Assembly: GCA_026770705.1 (NCBI GenBank)
Contig: JANJGN010000029.1
Span: 17,298,118 to 17,362,000 of the forward strand
Source: Isurus oxyrinchus
Taxonomy: Eukaryota
Direction of reading: 5' to 3'
Length of the DNA stretch: 63,883 bases
How positions within the stretch are numbered: the stretch's first letter is position 1; each line of letters starts with the position of its first letter. The notes under the pieces were generated by a model. It made no database searches, had not been told where the DNA came from, and saw nothing but the letters and a program-made list of their open reading frames with translations. Both the position numbers and the translations under genes were made by a program. Positions 48,143 through 60,152 of this stretch are shown in pieces.

Positions 48143-49579
48143 ATGGGGAAATAACATCTTGCTGGGCTGGGCTGGCAGGTTGGAGGTGGGTGGTTAAATA
48201 ATGAAACCCCCAGGAATACGTCCATCAAGAGTTGGCAACCTAAACGGAGGGCACATTGTGTAATGGCTCATCTTAGACAGACAATTACAAGAGAGGAAAA
48301 ATGGCTAGTGTGGCAAGCTGTAGGTAGTCTAGACAAAATAGAGTTGATGTATTTGATGTCATTTTCTTCCTGTTCATTTTGCTCAGTTGTTCCTGCCTTA
48401 AATTTGCTTCCCAATTTATTTTTCAATGCATAAATGCATTTAAAATATATGCATAAATGCATATTAAAATAAAATCAATTTTGACTATTCCAGATCCACC
48501 CTTTTACCCATTGTTTCTGAGGTTACAGGGTAACTAACTGCATTACATCCCCGCCTGCCTCGACAAACTCCATCCTGAGCCCAGCCTCGATGGGTCACTT
48601 AGGAACTGCACTGAGTTGCACAGACCAGGAAGTTCCTGGGTTCATTAGGCAGTTAGTTCTGTTCGTTGGAGTCGCCCTTGGATTAGGATGGGGGTAAAAG
48701 TCATCCCGGGGTTCCACCCGGGCGCTACTATCCAGTAAGTGCGCCCCCTCTCTTCCCCAGCTGACAGGTACATGTCCAAATGTTGAATGAGAATAGAATT
48801 GAGCCTGATGCATTGTAGACGAACAGTCTACCTTGGATAGGCAGTTGAAGGGAAGTGGCTTAAAGGGGCTTCAGGGTGGACATGAGGGATCAGGATTACT
48901 GTTTGCGTGGAGGATAAACGCCTACATGAATGGCATGTTTTTGTGCTTTCATGATTCTAATTCTATGACCACTGTGGTTTACAGCTGATAAACATCCTGT
49001 GGATGAGTGACTTGAAGGATAAGGCTGGTGTTTATGAGTTGCTGCCTTCAGGAAACGAGGGGAGAAAATAAGGTTGTTTCATTGGAAGAAAATTACTCTA
49101 ATGGCCGTGAGATGAATTATGACAACCAGCACAAGGTGGATGAGGCTTTCATCCACCCAGTTACTATGACACCTATTCCACCCAGCTTGCTCTTGACAGG
49201 GGCCCATGTCAAATACCACGAGCACTTTCCCACTCCGAAACACGACTTTGGACACAGTGGCTATACGTGTGGGGTGGTTTGTTGAGAGTGGCTCTCGGGT
49301 CCTGTACGACTTCAGTGTTGCTGAAGGTCCCAAACCTTATCCTGAATGAGCAGGTTACATGGTTGCAACCTGGACATGCTGGGATGTGTTGGCTGTGGCC
49401 CTGCGTTTCCATTGGCCAAGGCAGAACAGAATCAGACCAAATTATGTAGACTGTCCTCATGGCAACAGGTCACACTGGAGTTATATGCAGCCAATCAAAT
49501 ACATCTCAAACACACAGATTTTAGTTAAGATACCAACAACCTTTGAACACTGCTATAGTTCATAGTAAAGGAAAAAGAG

Positions 49580-50012
49580 ACACTTGTATTTTCTACAGCG
49601 CCTTCCATGACATCATTCAGGATGTCCTTAAGTCCTTCACACCCAATGAAGTACTTTTTGAAGTGTAATCACTGTTGTAAAGTAGGAAATGCAGTAGCCA
49701 ATTCACACACAGCAAGCTCCCACAAACAACAATGCAATAATAGCCAGCCAATCCATTTTGAGGGAAAAAATGTTGGTCTGGACAACAGGGAGAACTCCCC
49801 TGCTCTTTTTCCAGCAATACTGTGGGATCTTTTACTTAATTCCATTGGAGAGGGTAGACAGGGCCTTGATTTAATCCTACAACTGAAAATGGTACCTCCA
49901 ACAGCACAGCACTCCCTCAGTCCTACATAGAGTTTGTGCTCAAGTCCCCGGAGTGGAACTTGAGTCCACACCCTTTTGGCGTAAGGCGAGACTCTACCAA
50001 CTGAGCCTCAGC
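49580..50012 (-). mobile_element. Deu-domain tRNA SINE
   Basis: GGCTCAGTTGG A box, Deu core, L2-like tail. Confidence 0.75.
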
Positions 50013-50820
50013 TGGCTGCTAAGAATGTTAAGTAATAATTGTCAGTGGGAGGGAAGGGCTGGTATCATGATCAATGGGAAGGGACTGTCGCTGAAATGAG
50101 GAAGCAGTCCAGTGAAGACAGCATGTCTGTGCCTCAAACCTAGAATAGAAGGAGAATTCATTGACAAGATCTATCTAAAAATTCCAGCTCAGTGAGATGA
50201 TGGCAAAGGGCAGCAAAAGGACAGGAGCCTATTTGGGAACAAACAGCTAAAGAGTCGGATTACAAGTATATTTAATCAGTTCTGACATCGCTGACAAATA
50301 CAGTATGATTTATTGTACAATTGTGGAAGATGCAAATAGATGATTGGAGAAAAAGCTTAATTTCATTTTGCTAATTGTTACTATTTTTCTCTCCTACTTT
50401 CCCTGAACAGGGTCAGGACAGCAACAGGTAGACAGGAGAGCTACTTCTAGCTACCCCTCAGTGCTGATCTGAACTGACAAGCCACCCACACCGTCTCCCT
50501 AATTGGTCCCTGAGGCCACCCAGCACTTAGGGACCGAGATTGGGAACTCAGTGGAAGGAGGGTCGAGAGTCCGTCCAGCCATTGGCAGCTTTGAGTCTTG
50601 CTGCTCCAGTGCGTTGTGGCCAATGGATGAATTCCATCCACTGAGGGTGAATGCACAGCAGTAAGGCACATCTGTGATCATCACGCAAGCTCTGCAGTAA
50701 GGCAGTAGAAAAGATTGTGGTCCCCTTTACCATCCACTGGCTGAACCCTGGCAGAGACCGTCAGGTCAGAGTGTGAGTAGAGTCAGGGAAGTTTCACTAT
50801 TCAATTGATAAGCTGGGCTA

Positions 50821-51470
50821 ATTTCCACACTGAGCAGTCACTATCCACTGAACCATCAGGGGAGCCTGTAGAAATTACCAACTACACTTATACATTCTTA
50901 AGCAGTTAGTGAAATGCTTAACTGATTTATTTACTGTAAATTGCGGCATATAAGTCAACTGGTGTTTAAGACGACACCAACTTTTCTAGCCCTAAAAATC
51001 ATGTTTCTGCAAGCACTTGGTGTATAAGTCGACACCACCAACTCCCCACAACCTTCTCCGCTATGACTATTTACACTCGCATTAATAGTCAGCCTCAATT
51101 TTCAATGTTGAACCTTCCGCTTAATCCTCTGTGGCGATCTGCAAAAGAATTTAAACAGAAGAGAGTTCAGAATGAATGTGACACTTGGCTTTCATCCAAA
51201 AAGATAAAATGAAACAAAAGTCTTGGCTATGACCATCTCTCTGGGTCCCAGTGGACCTTCCTGGACCAATATATCCATCATCTGTCCCAACCCCACATGC
51301 ACCTCCTTCCTGCTTAATCAGGAATTCCACCCTTCCCTTTATAACCTGTATTCACATTCCCTGTATACGATGGGCTCCAAGTATCAATTTCGCTCACTTT
51401 TAGCTTCAAGCACCACTGATCATTTTTCATTCCTGGTTCCACAAACACCACCCCCACCACCTCCTCGTAC

Positions 51471-51501
<31 letters not shown>

Positions 51502-52405
51502 CCGCTTTGTTATTTTGATCTTACAGCTATCTCCTCAGTTAATGCCACCTGGAATGGGTTTTGCCCCTCAGCTGTTCATCATACTCTTAAGATCTGAAAT
51601 CAGATGAACTCCTGACCTTGGGGAATCTTTTCCCTGCCCTCTGTGCCAAGATGATATTCCACCTACTGGGCGGTGAAATTCAACTCGGCAGGGAGGCATT
51701 ATTGTAACTTCTGGCTGTTACCTGCCAGGTCCGATATGTAGATGGATTGTCTTTGATAGAGCTGAACGTCAGGTGCCAATGGGCGGGAGACGCTATCCCG
51801 TCTACTTTGCATTCTCACCCCTGTGGTCTGACTGCTGGTGCTGATTTCAGCTGGAACACACCTGCAGGATAGTGATGTGCTATTCGACTCTCGAGGGCAT
51901 CGCAACTGAGCTGATTCTGCCCAGGCCTGGTGCCAGTGCAGACACCTTCCAGCAGGAGCGACTGGATAGTGGTCAGGAGTGAGAAGAGTGGCTGAATCTT
52001 CCTAATCCTTAACATTATATTGCTGAAGTGAATTGGAGCATGTCTTCCATGTCTGCGTTTGAGGTGAGCTAATATCAGGACATGCCATGACAGAACCTGG
52101 GAGTTCCTAGTCTGCAGGGCTTATTTCCACACTGAGCAGTCACTATCCACTGAGCCATCAAGGGAGCCTGTAGAAGTTGCCATGTACACTTACACGTTCT
52201 TAGGCAGTTAGTGAAATACTTAATCAATTTATTTACTGTAAATTGCGGCATATAAGTCAACTGGTGTTTAAGACAACACCAACTTTTCTAGCCCTAAAAA
52301 TCATGTTTCTGCTAGCACTCGGTGTATAAGTCGACACCACCAACTCCCCACAACCTTCTCAGCTATGACTAGTTATACTCGCGTTAATAGTCAGCCTCAA
52401 TTTTC
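50821..52405 (+). repeat. ~285-bp direct duplication (50821-51102 and 52123-52405)
   Basis: Both copies run ATTTCCACACTGAGCAGTCACTATCCACTGA...GTCAGCCTCAATTTT with scattered substitutions. Confidence 0.88.
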
Positions 52406-52959
52406 CACTCCACAAATGCGTGTTTTATTACCGGCACCTTATAACTGGGTGCAAGGAATCAAGCAGGTGATAGGGGTGGTGTTGAGAAGGTGCATGGGAG
52501 TTTAAGACACACCCAATCTTTGACGATGCTTCAAAATGGTGACCACCCAGGCTGGCGGTTCATTTTTATACTTGGTGTATGAGTCAAGCCCCATTTTTGG
52601 AGGGGTTTTTTGGGCTTTGACAACTACTTTCAGGAACTCAGGATGCCTCGAAATGTTTTACAGCCAATTAAAAGTTGCACCTTTGCAATGTAGGGAAACC
52701 CGGGCAACCAATTTGCACAAGGCAAGCTCCCACAAACATTAATGTGATAATGACCAGATGACCGCTTTTGGTGATGTTGGTTGAGGGATAAATATGGTCC
52801 AGAACACAGAACGTCCTCACTTCCCTTCAAAATGGTGGCATGGGATCCACCTGACCGGGGTACTTTGGGAAAAAAGAACAATCCCTTTAATAATACTAAA
52901 TACAAGGGATCCTCTTGAAAGGTTTTTCAGTTAACACTAAATCAGTTTTATCATTCTGG

Positions 52960-53480
52960 AAGCCTAGAGGAAGAAAGTGTACAGTTCTGGTTGCTGCATT
53001 ACAGGAAGAAATTGATCGCGTTATAGCGGGTACAAAGGAGATTTACCTGTTGCCAGGATTGGAGAATCTTAACTATGAGGAAAGATCGGTTAGGCTGGGA
53101 TTCTTTGTCTTTGGAACAGAGGAGGCTGCGGGAAGATTAAATTGAGGTGTGTAAAATGATGAGGAGCCTAGATAGAGTGAATAGGAAGGACCTTAGCAGA
53201 GAGTTCAATAACCAGGGGGCATCGATTTAAAGTAATTGGCTGATGAATTATAGGGAAATTGAGGAGATTTTTTTTTCCACCCAGAGGGTAGTGGGGGTCT
53301 GGAACTTAATACCAGAGGCAGAAGCCCTCATGACATTTAAAAAGCACTTGGATATGCACTCGAAGTGTCCTAACCTACAGGGTTTACGGACCAAGAGCTG
53401 GAAAGTGGATTCGGCTGGATAGCTCTATGACTGACACAGGCAGGATGGGCTGATGGCCTCCTTCAGTGCAGTAAAATTTT
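52960..53480 (+). mobile_element. CR1 3' fragment
   Basis: LPGLENLNYEER..RLG and CR1 3' tail. Confidence 0.7.
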
Positions 53481-53921
53481 CTATATTTCTATTGATATGA
53501 GAAATGGGAAAACATTAAGCGGTGCATTAATGGCACTCTGAATTGGCGCTGATTGTAGACATTGTGTTAACCACTTTTTTTTACAATCTACTCATACTGT
53601 CCCAGTGTTCCACTCCCTCATAATGTATGTTAATGACTCAAGTCTCATCCCGTGTCTCTCCTCATCCTCTGGGATATATACCATCCAACATTATAGATTC
53701 ATTTCTTCTGAGCCTTTTTATCCTCTCAAAGACTTCCATCTCATTTATATCAAAATTTTTAAACCAACTTAAGTTGCTACTTCTCTCTTCTACAATAGGA
53801 AGTTCTGTCTGTTATATAATTGTGCTATCAGCTGCTCGGTTTAAAGACTTCAAGCTTAAGGGGCTGTTCCTCAACTGTATGCTGTTTTTTTTCCCCTGTT
53901 GTGCACCTCCCCTTGGCTTAC

Positions 53922-53993
53922 CTTGGTCTTGGCTGGTGCTGAATTAAAGCCTTTCAAATTTTGTAAAGTGTTTGCATAAATGGCTTCATTCAT
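53922..53993 (-). CDS. IgSF receptor: cytoplasmic exon 3 (MNEAIYANTLQNLKGFNSAPAKTK)
   Basis: Acceptor TTTTTATTTCTTCTTAAG, donor AAG|GTAAGC, 72 nt, phase 0/0; YxN motif. The terminal exon is unresolved. Confidence 0.72.
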
Positions 53994-54519
53994 CTTAAGA
54001 AGAAATAAAAAGCAGAGGTCAATGAGATGATCTTGTCCAGAGAAGAGCTGATACAGTGTCTTACAGTTCCCGTCAGTCTCTAGCCCAGGACCCAAGGTCA
54101 CATGGAAGATAAAAGGGTTCCCCCAGCTAGCTAAGATCCTACCAAAATATACTGCACACAATCCAACTCCCCCTCGCCAACTAATCATCGTTCATACATC
54201 CATCTCCAAAAACTGTGCCCAATCCAACCCATCGCACTGAATACCATTCAGAACCAACACACCCACACTTCATACATCGTGCACTTTCCATCCAACCCCA
54301 ACCAGAAGAAAGCACCCAATTATACCCTGTTAAATACCATACCCACCCCAATGTCCTTGTACTTCCTGAACATGTTCTCTCCCTACAGCTGAGCTGCTCT
54401 AGCCGCTGAAGTTGTCTCAAATGGCTCAGAGATAGGAATAACCTGGACCCACACTCAGGCACCCACCAGCATTACTGCCCCATGCCTGCGCCTATCAGTT
54501 TAAGTCCACTGCTAGTTAC

Positions 54520-54594
54520 CTTTTGGATGCTGGGCTCCTCAGTATCAGCTTTTTCCAGAGTCTCATAAACATCAGCATTCGGATGTGAGGACAC
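54520..54594 (-). CDS. IgSF receptor: cytoplasmic exon 2 (VSSHPNADVYETLEKADTEEPSIQK)
   Basis: Acceptor TCTTTCTCCCTTTAAG, donor AAG|GTAACT, 75 nt, phase 0/0; YETL motif. Confidence 0.75.
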
Positions 54595-55217
54595 CTTAAA
54601 GGGAGAAAGACATAATCATTTGGAAACATGGGTCTTGTCATAGTTACACAAGATTGAAGTGTTTCCACTTCTCTCCTTGTCCTGTCCACTTCAAAACTCG
54701 CACCACTTCCTGTTCAGTGGCAGGGAGGCCTATAGGTAATGGGCTTAATCCCATGGTGTTGGAGAGGGTGGTCCCGGTCAAGAACAGACCCAAGACTCAG
54801 CTTCCATCCAAAACCTGGAAGGAAACGTGTACCATGTCAATGACCTCAGGGTCACGGGGGTGGAAGGTCATCCCTAATAGCAACAACGGAAACACTCACT
54901 GTTACTGGGAGCAGGACCAGACTCGGCCCCCACCTCAATCCACTGGGTTAACTGCACCAGGGATGTACAGATCAAAAATATTCACAGACTCTGTTCCCAG
55001 TCTGTACCTCCTCAGCTGATCATAGTCCTAATGGCAGTAGGAGACTCGAGAATTCTGGGTTAAGTTGGGGAAAAACAAAACTAGAGAAAAAAAATCAGCA
55101 CTGAATCACAATCAAGTGACTCTTTTCCAGACACTGTGCAGACATTGACTGATTCCAATTTCACATTCGACTGTGATGACCACCAGCACCCCCTCCGCAC
55201 CCCCCCTCCTCCAACCA

Positions 55218-56426
55218 CAACTTGCATTTATATAGCACCTTTAACTTGGTGAAACATCCTAAGGTGTGTCACAGAAACGTTAACAAACTAAATTTGACCA
55301 TGAACCACGTAAGTAGATATTAGAGGTGGTTAAAAGCTTAGTTAAAGAGATGGATTTAAAAGAGGACCTTAGAGGAGGAGAGAGGTTTAGAGAGAAAATC
55401 CCAGAACTTGGGGCCCAGGCAGCTAAAGACATGGCCACCACTGGTGAAGCAGTTAAAACTGAGGATACAAAAGAGGGGGAACACAGAGTTCTTAGAGGGT
55501 TGTGGGGCTGCAGGAGCTTACAGAGATAGAGAGGGGATTAAGGCTGTGGAGGAGTTTGAAAACAAGAATGAGAATTTTAAAATTAGAGTATTGCCAGACT
55601 AAGGCCAAGCAACCTGTTAACACTCACTGTCTTGGTTATCACATGAAACATAGCCACTTGGTTAATGTACCAGGGTGACCAGGCAACTGCGCCTCAGCAA
55701 CAGTCGATGGGTTTGGGAGGGACAGGGAGAAAACAGAGAGTAAAACCCAGTAAAGCCACATCTACACCAGCTGTGTGTGACCACAGTAGAACCAAAGCAA
55801 CAACAGCTTATAATTGTAATGCACCTTTAGAGTAATGAAATGACCCAAGGCACTTCAATTGAGTGTTAAAGAATAAAGTTGGACACTGAGATTCATAGGG
55901 AGATATTTTGCCAGGTGACCAAATTTTGGTCAAAGAAGTAGATTTTTAAGTTATGGCTTAAAGGAGGAAAGTAATGTAGAGAGGCAGAGAGGTGGAGGGA
56001 GGGAAACCCAGAGCCTTGGGCTGAGGCAACTGAAGACATGGCCACCAATGGCAGAGCAATTACAACTGGGAATACACAAGAGGCCGGAATTAGAGAAGGC
56101 AGATATCTCGGAGGTTATGGGGCTGGAGGAGAGTACAGAGCTAGGGAGACACAAAACTATGGGGGATTTGAAAACAAAAATGAGAATTTTAAAATCAAGA
56201 CATTGGTTGGCCGGGAGTCAGCGAGCACAGGGGTGATAAGGGAACAGGACTTGCAGCAATTTAAGACACGGGCAGTAGAGTTTTGGATGACCTCAAGTGT
56301 AAATGGAGGCTAGAATATGGGAGACTAGCCAAGGGTATGTTGGAATAAAAACAAAGGCATGGATGACATTTTTCAGCAGCAAATGAGCTAAGACAGGGGT
56401 GAAATCAGGCGATGGTATAGAGGCGG
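55218..56426 (-). mobile_element. Two old L2 3' fragments
   Basis: L2 tail CTTGCATTTATATAGCACCTTTA and shared 3' UTR. Confidence 0.65.
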
Positions 56427-57459
56427 TGTGATGAGAGATATATTTTTTAAATATGTGTGTGTGTGTGTATAATTCATTAAACGGAGGGTGGGAAGTTACT
56501 ACAGACAGCTTGTCTGTGAAGGCTAAGAGTTGAAAGGTTAAAGGTGTTAGGTTGATGCATTTGTAATGAGAGGTTATGGTGAGATTGAGTTACAAGTAGA
56601 TAGGGTGGATTTAAAATTTGCACTGAGAGATAAGTGGAGAAACTTGGTTTCTCAGCTGTTGAATTTCAGAAGGGTTTTCAGAGGTGGCAAGGAACACTTG
56701 CATCTTACAAAGGCTTCCTGAGTATACAGGGGATGGTATATTACATTTTATTGACAGGAAAGTAGAGACAAAATAGAAAACGTGAAAGATTTTTAAATGT
56801 GGAGAAGTTGAGTTCAAAGAGGTATTTGAGGACAATGGAGCCTGAGATGAAAGAGAAAAAAGATATTTAAGGAAGGATGCTTAATTGAGCCATGCGATGG
56901 CTATGGGAGAAACACGCTGAAGACCAGCTCCTTGGTGTGTGAGCCATTGAAAAAGCTGTGAAAGTTTTAAATTGGAGGCAGCAACTCTGTGTTAAGCCAG
57001 GAAAGTCTGTGTTTTTGGAAACAGTTTGTTTCTGAACCTCTTTTGGAATTCCACATCAGAGCAGAAGTGTTTGAGACGTTGTGAGGCATACTTTTAATAA
57101 TGTGACAACAATTCCTTGATTTGGGTAATATTACTGGATTTTTATGGTTAAAATCTACAAGAGGATTGTTGCCAAGAAGGTAGTTTAATTGTGCACTTTT
57201 GATCAAGCGGGTTTTTTTATGGGTTGTTCTGTATGACTGTTTAACTATGGAAGGTTAATCTTGTGTGTTTAAGTCTTTTTTCTTTTTAATTAAATCTTTT
57301 AATTTTTAAAATTTTAAAGGTGTTATTGGAGTTCTATGCTTTTGAGGTCAGTAGCTTTTCCTCCTCGTTTTCACAATAAAAAGAGGTTTATGATCAGTGA
57401 GACAGACTTCACTCTGGCATCTGGCTTGCTCAACAATAACCTCAGCTGTGATCATAACA
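56427..57459. mobile_element. Solo LTR inserted in L2
   Basis: TGTGATGA...TCATAACA termini; flanks GCGG/GTGG; L2 sequence resumes afterwards. Confidence 0.6.
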
Positions 57460-57751
57460 GTGGATATGGGTGGTCTTACAGATGGCATGACTAAGAGGTT
57501 GGAAGTTCACCTTGGGGTCGAATGTGACACCAAGGTTGCAAACAGACTGGCTTCATCTCAGAATATTGCCAGCAAAAGGATGGAGTCTGAAAAGCAAGGA
57601 GAATGGATTCAGTGCATAGGTCTTTACTGTGTTGGTCCCAGGTTTGTAGCACAGGGACTCAAAGGGGCTATTGACAGAAAGTCTTTGATTGGAACCAATG
57701 TCTAGAAATCCCAGGTGAGTATTGTGTTCCTTTGTTCACATTCATACTCAC

Positions 57752-57805
57752 CATGTACAGCGGATCTTCAACCTGTTGCCCTGTAGCTCTATGCTTTCTT
57801 ATGAG
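57752..57805 (-). CDS. IgSF receptor: cytoplasmic exon 1 (LIRKHRATGQQVEDPLYM)
   Basis: Acceptor CCCTCTTTTTCAG, donor ATG|GTGAGT, 54 nt, phase 0/0; basic stop-transfer RKHR. Confidence 0.82.
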
Positions 57806-58159
57806 CTGAAAAAGAGGGACAATTGTGATTGACAGATCTGGCTGACTGTCGCCTCACTGTAAACAAAAGCGTCAAAGGTTGGAGACACTCAGAAGGTCAG
57901 GTCTTTAGAGCCACAGACATCAGCCAGTCAAGGTTTCAGATCTTTGAGCAAGAGTTTGAGGACCTCAAGCATCAAGCAACTGATTCTGTTTCTGCACAGA
58001 TGCAGCCTGACTTGCTGAGCCTCATTGATTTCCAGCACCTCCACGAATATTGCTGCACATTTTCTTGTGGGACTTCCCAAGAAAAAGGTGAAGTCACTTC
58101 AGAAGCAGGTTGACACCAGACACTGAGCAAGTTGAGCTCCAAAGTCGAAAGGTACTTAC

Positions 58160-58251
58160 AGCGTACACAACAACTGACGTCACAATGATCAGGAGAAGCA
58201 CTACACTGGTGCTGATCCCAGAGACCAGCCACTCTTGTTTTTCAGCCACAT
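58160..58251 (-). CDS. IgSF receptor: transmembrane exon (DVAEKQEWLVSGISTSVVLLLIIVTSVVVYA)
   Basis: Acceptor TTTGTGTTGCAG (phase 1), donor GCT|GTAAGT (phase 0); uncharged hydrophobic helix. Confidence 0.85.
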
Positions 58252-58353
58252 CTGCAACACAAACAGGAGTTCAGGAGGAGCTTCTTAGAGAGTGGTTAGG
58301 ATGTGGATCTTGCTACCACAGGGAATAGCTGAGCTGGATAGCATAGACACATT

Positions 58354-58470
58354 GGGCAGAACTTTACGACAGCGGGATTTTACGTTCCCCATGGCGGCGA
58401 TGGGATTTATAATGGCTCACCACATTTTACAGCCCAGTCCCCACCGAAACGGGACCATAAAATTCTGCCC
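58354..58470. mobile_element. 117-bp Harbinger-like mini-MITE inside a CR1 remnant
   Basis: TIRs GGGCAGAACTTTACG / CATAAAATTCTGCCC; TSD ATT. Confidence 0.75.
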
Positions 58471-58644
58471 ATTTAAGGGGAAGCGGGATAATCACATGAG
58501 GAAGAAGGAAATAAGAGGATATGTTGATGGGATGAGATGAAATAAAATGGGAAGAGGCTCATGTGAAGTATAAATGCTAGCATAGACCAGCTGGGCCGAA
58601 TGGCCTGTTTCTGTGCTGCACATTCTGCCATTCTACCCTGTCGA

Positions 58645-59065
58645 CAAAGGCTCAGTTTCACCTCTGAGTCACAAGATATGAGTTCAAGACTCACTCCAGG
58701 GACTTGAGCACAAAAAAACTAAGTGGACACCACAGTGCTATACCGAGGGAACACTGCACTGTTGGAGATGTCGTCAGTTTGAACAAAATGTTAAAACGAG
58801 GCTCTGTTTGCCCTCTCAGGGGGACACAAAATATCTCCCAGCAATGTTTTGAACAAAAACTGGGGATTTTTCCCCAATGTCCTCGCAAATATTTATCCCT
58901 CAGTCAACTCGACAAAAACAGATTATCTGGGTCATTATCACATTGTTGTTTGTGGGAGCTTGCTGTGTGCAGATTGGCTACCACATCTCCACTTTACGAC
59001 ATATTTCATTGACTGTAAGGTGCTTTGGGGAGTGAAAGGTGCTATATGAATGCAACTCTTTCTAC
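58645..59065 (+). mobile_element. Deu-domain tRNA SINE
   Basis: tRNA-like head, Deu core, L2-like tail. Confidence 0.75.
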
Positions 59066-60152
59066 CTTTTCTATCCTAAGTATTACAAATTATTTACAGG
59101 TGTTTATACTCCACACAAGTCTCCTCCCACCTCCCTTCATCGAACTGTATTAGCATGCAGCTACACTTTACAGATTTACCAACTCACTTCTTTAACCAGT
59201 TTGTTCCTCCTGAAAACACTGATAAGACCTGAATTCCATTGGTTACTAGACAGCCTCCATTACCTCTCAAGCAAGAGCCTTGACAGCAAGGGTAAATAGG
59301 GTATTTAACCAGCGAGGGGAACATTAGCTGGGCCTAATTCTGCCCTCAGTCACTATCCAGACTTCCCTGCAGAGCCTGAGAGATGGATGAACCTGAGGGC
59401 TGGGAACCCAGAGATTCTGTCATCCCCGCTGGCAATTCAGAAAACAGGAGGTAGTCATTCAGCCCATCTTGCCTGTGCCACCTCTTTAAAATAACTATTC
59501 AACCAATCCCACTGGCCTGCTCTTTCATAACAGCCCCAAAAACTTCATTTCCTGCACTTCCTTTTTGAATTTTCCTCCATCACCCTTTCAGGCAGCGCAT
59601 TGCAGATCACCCTAACTTGCTGCATAGAAAGAATTCTCCTCATCTCCCCCACTCTTGCTCTTTGCAAATAATCTTTAATCTGTGTCCTCTAGTTACTGAA
59701 ACTATTGTCAGTTTTCACCTTATTTACTCTATTAAGACCCATTCACAATTTGTACAACTCCATGCAATCTCACCTTAACCGTAAGCGTATGTTTGCTCAC
59801 ATGTTGGGTTTGACTTTGGGATTGTTGGCTTTCCATTGTTGGACTATCTACCATTGCTGACCATGATAACTGGTTTAGGGCTGAGATACTAGAGAGTGTC
59901 CAGCTCACGTGAGAACTGTTATCCATCAAATAAATCTACGCTTTTGGGAGGAAAAAATTCAAAAGGAAAATTAATGGAAAAAATAAAACTGCGTCCAATT
60001 CTGAGTGTTGGGGAAAGTGCAGGAGAGGAAGCTAATTGGTAGCTTTTTCAGTGAGGCAGTGCAGTCACCTTGGGCCAAATGGCCTCTCTCTGAGCTGTAG
60101 GATTCTACGATAAACGCAGAATGTCTTCGGTATGAAGCTAATAGATACAAAC

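Noticed and set aside
59732-59929. Ser/Gln-rich ORF as a stalk exon of the Ig receptor
   Set aside because: Nearby acceptors give immediate stops in the required phase 1; the C2 exon joins the TM exon in frame without it.
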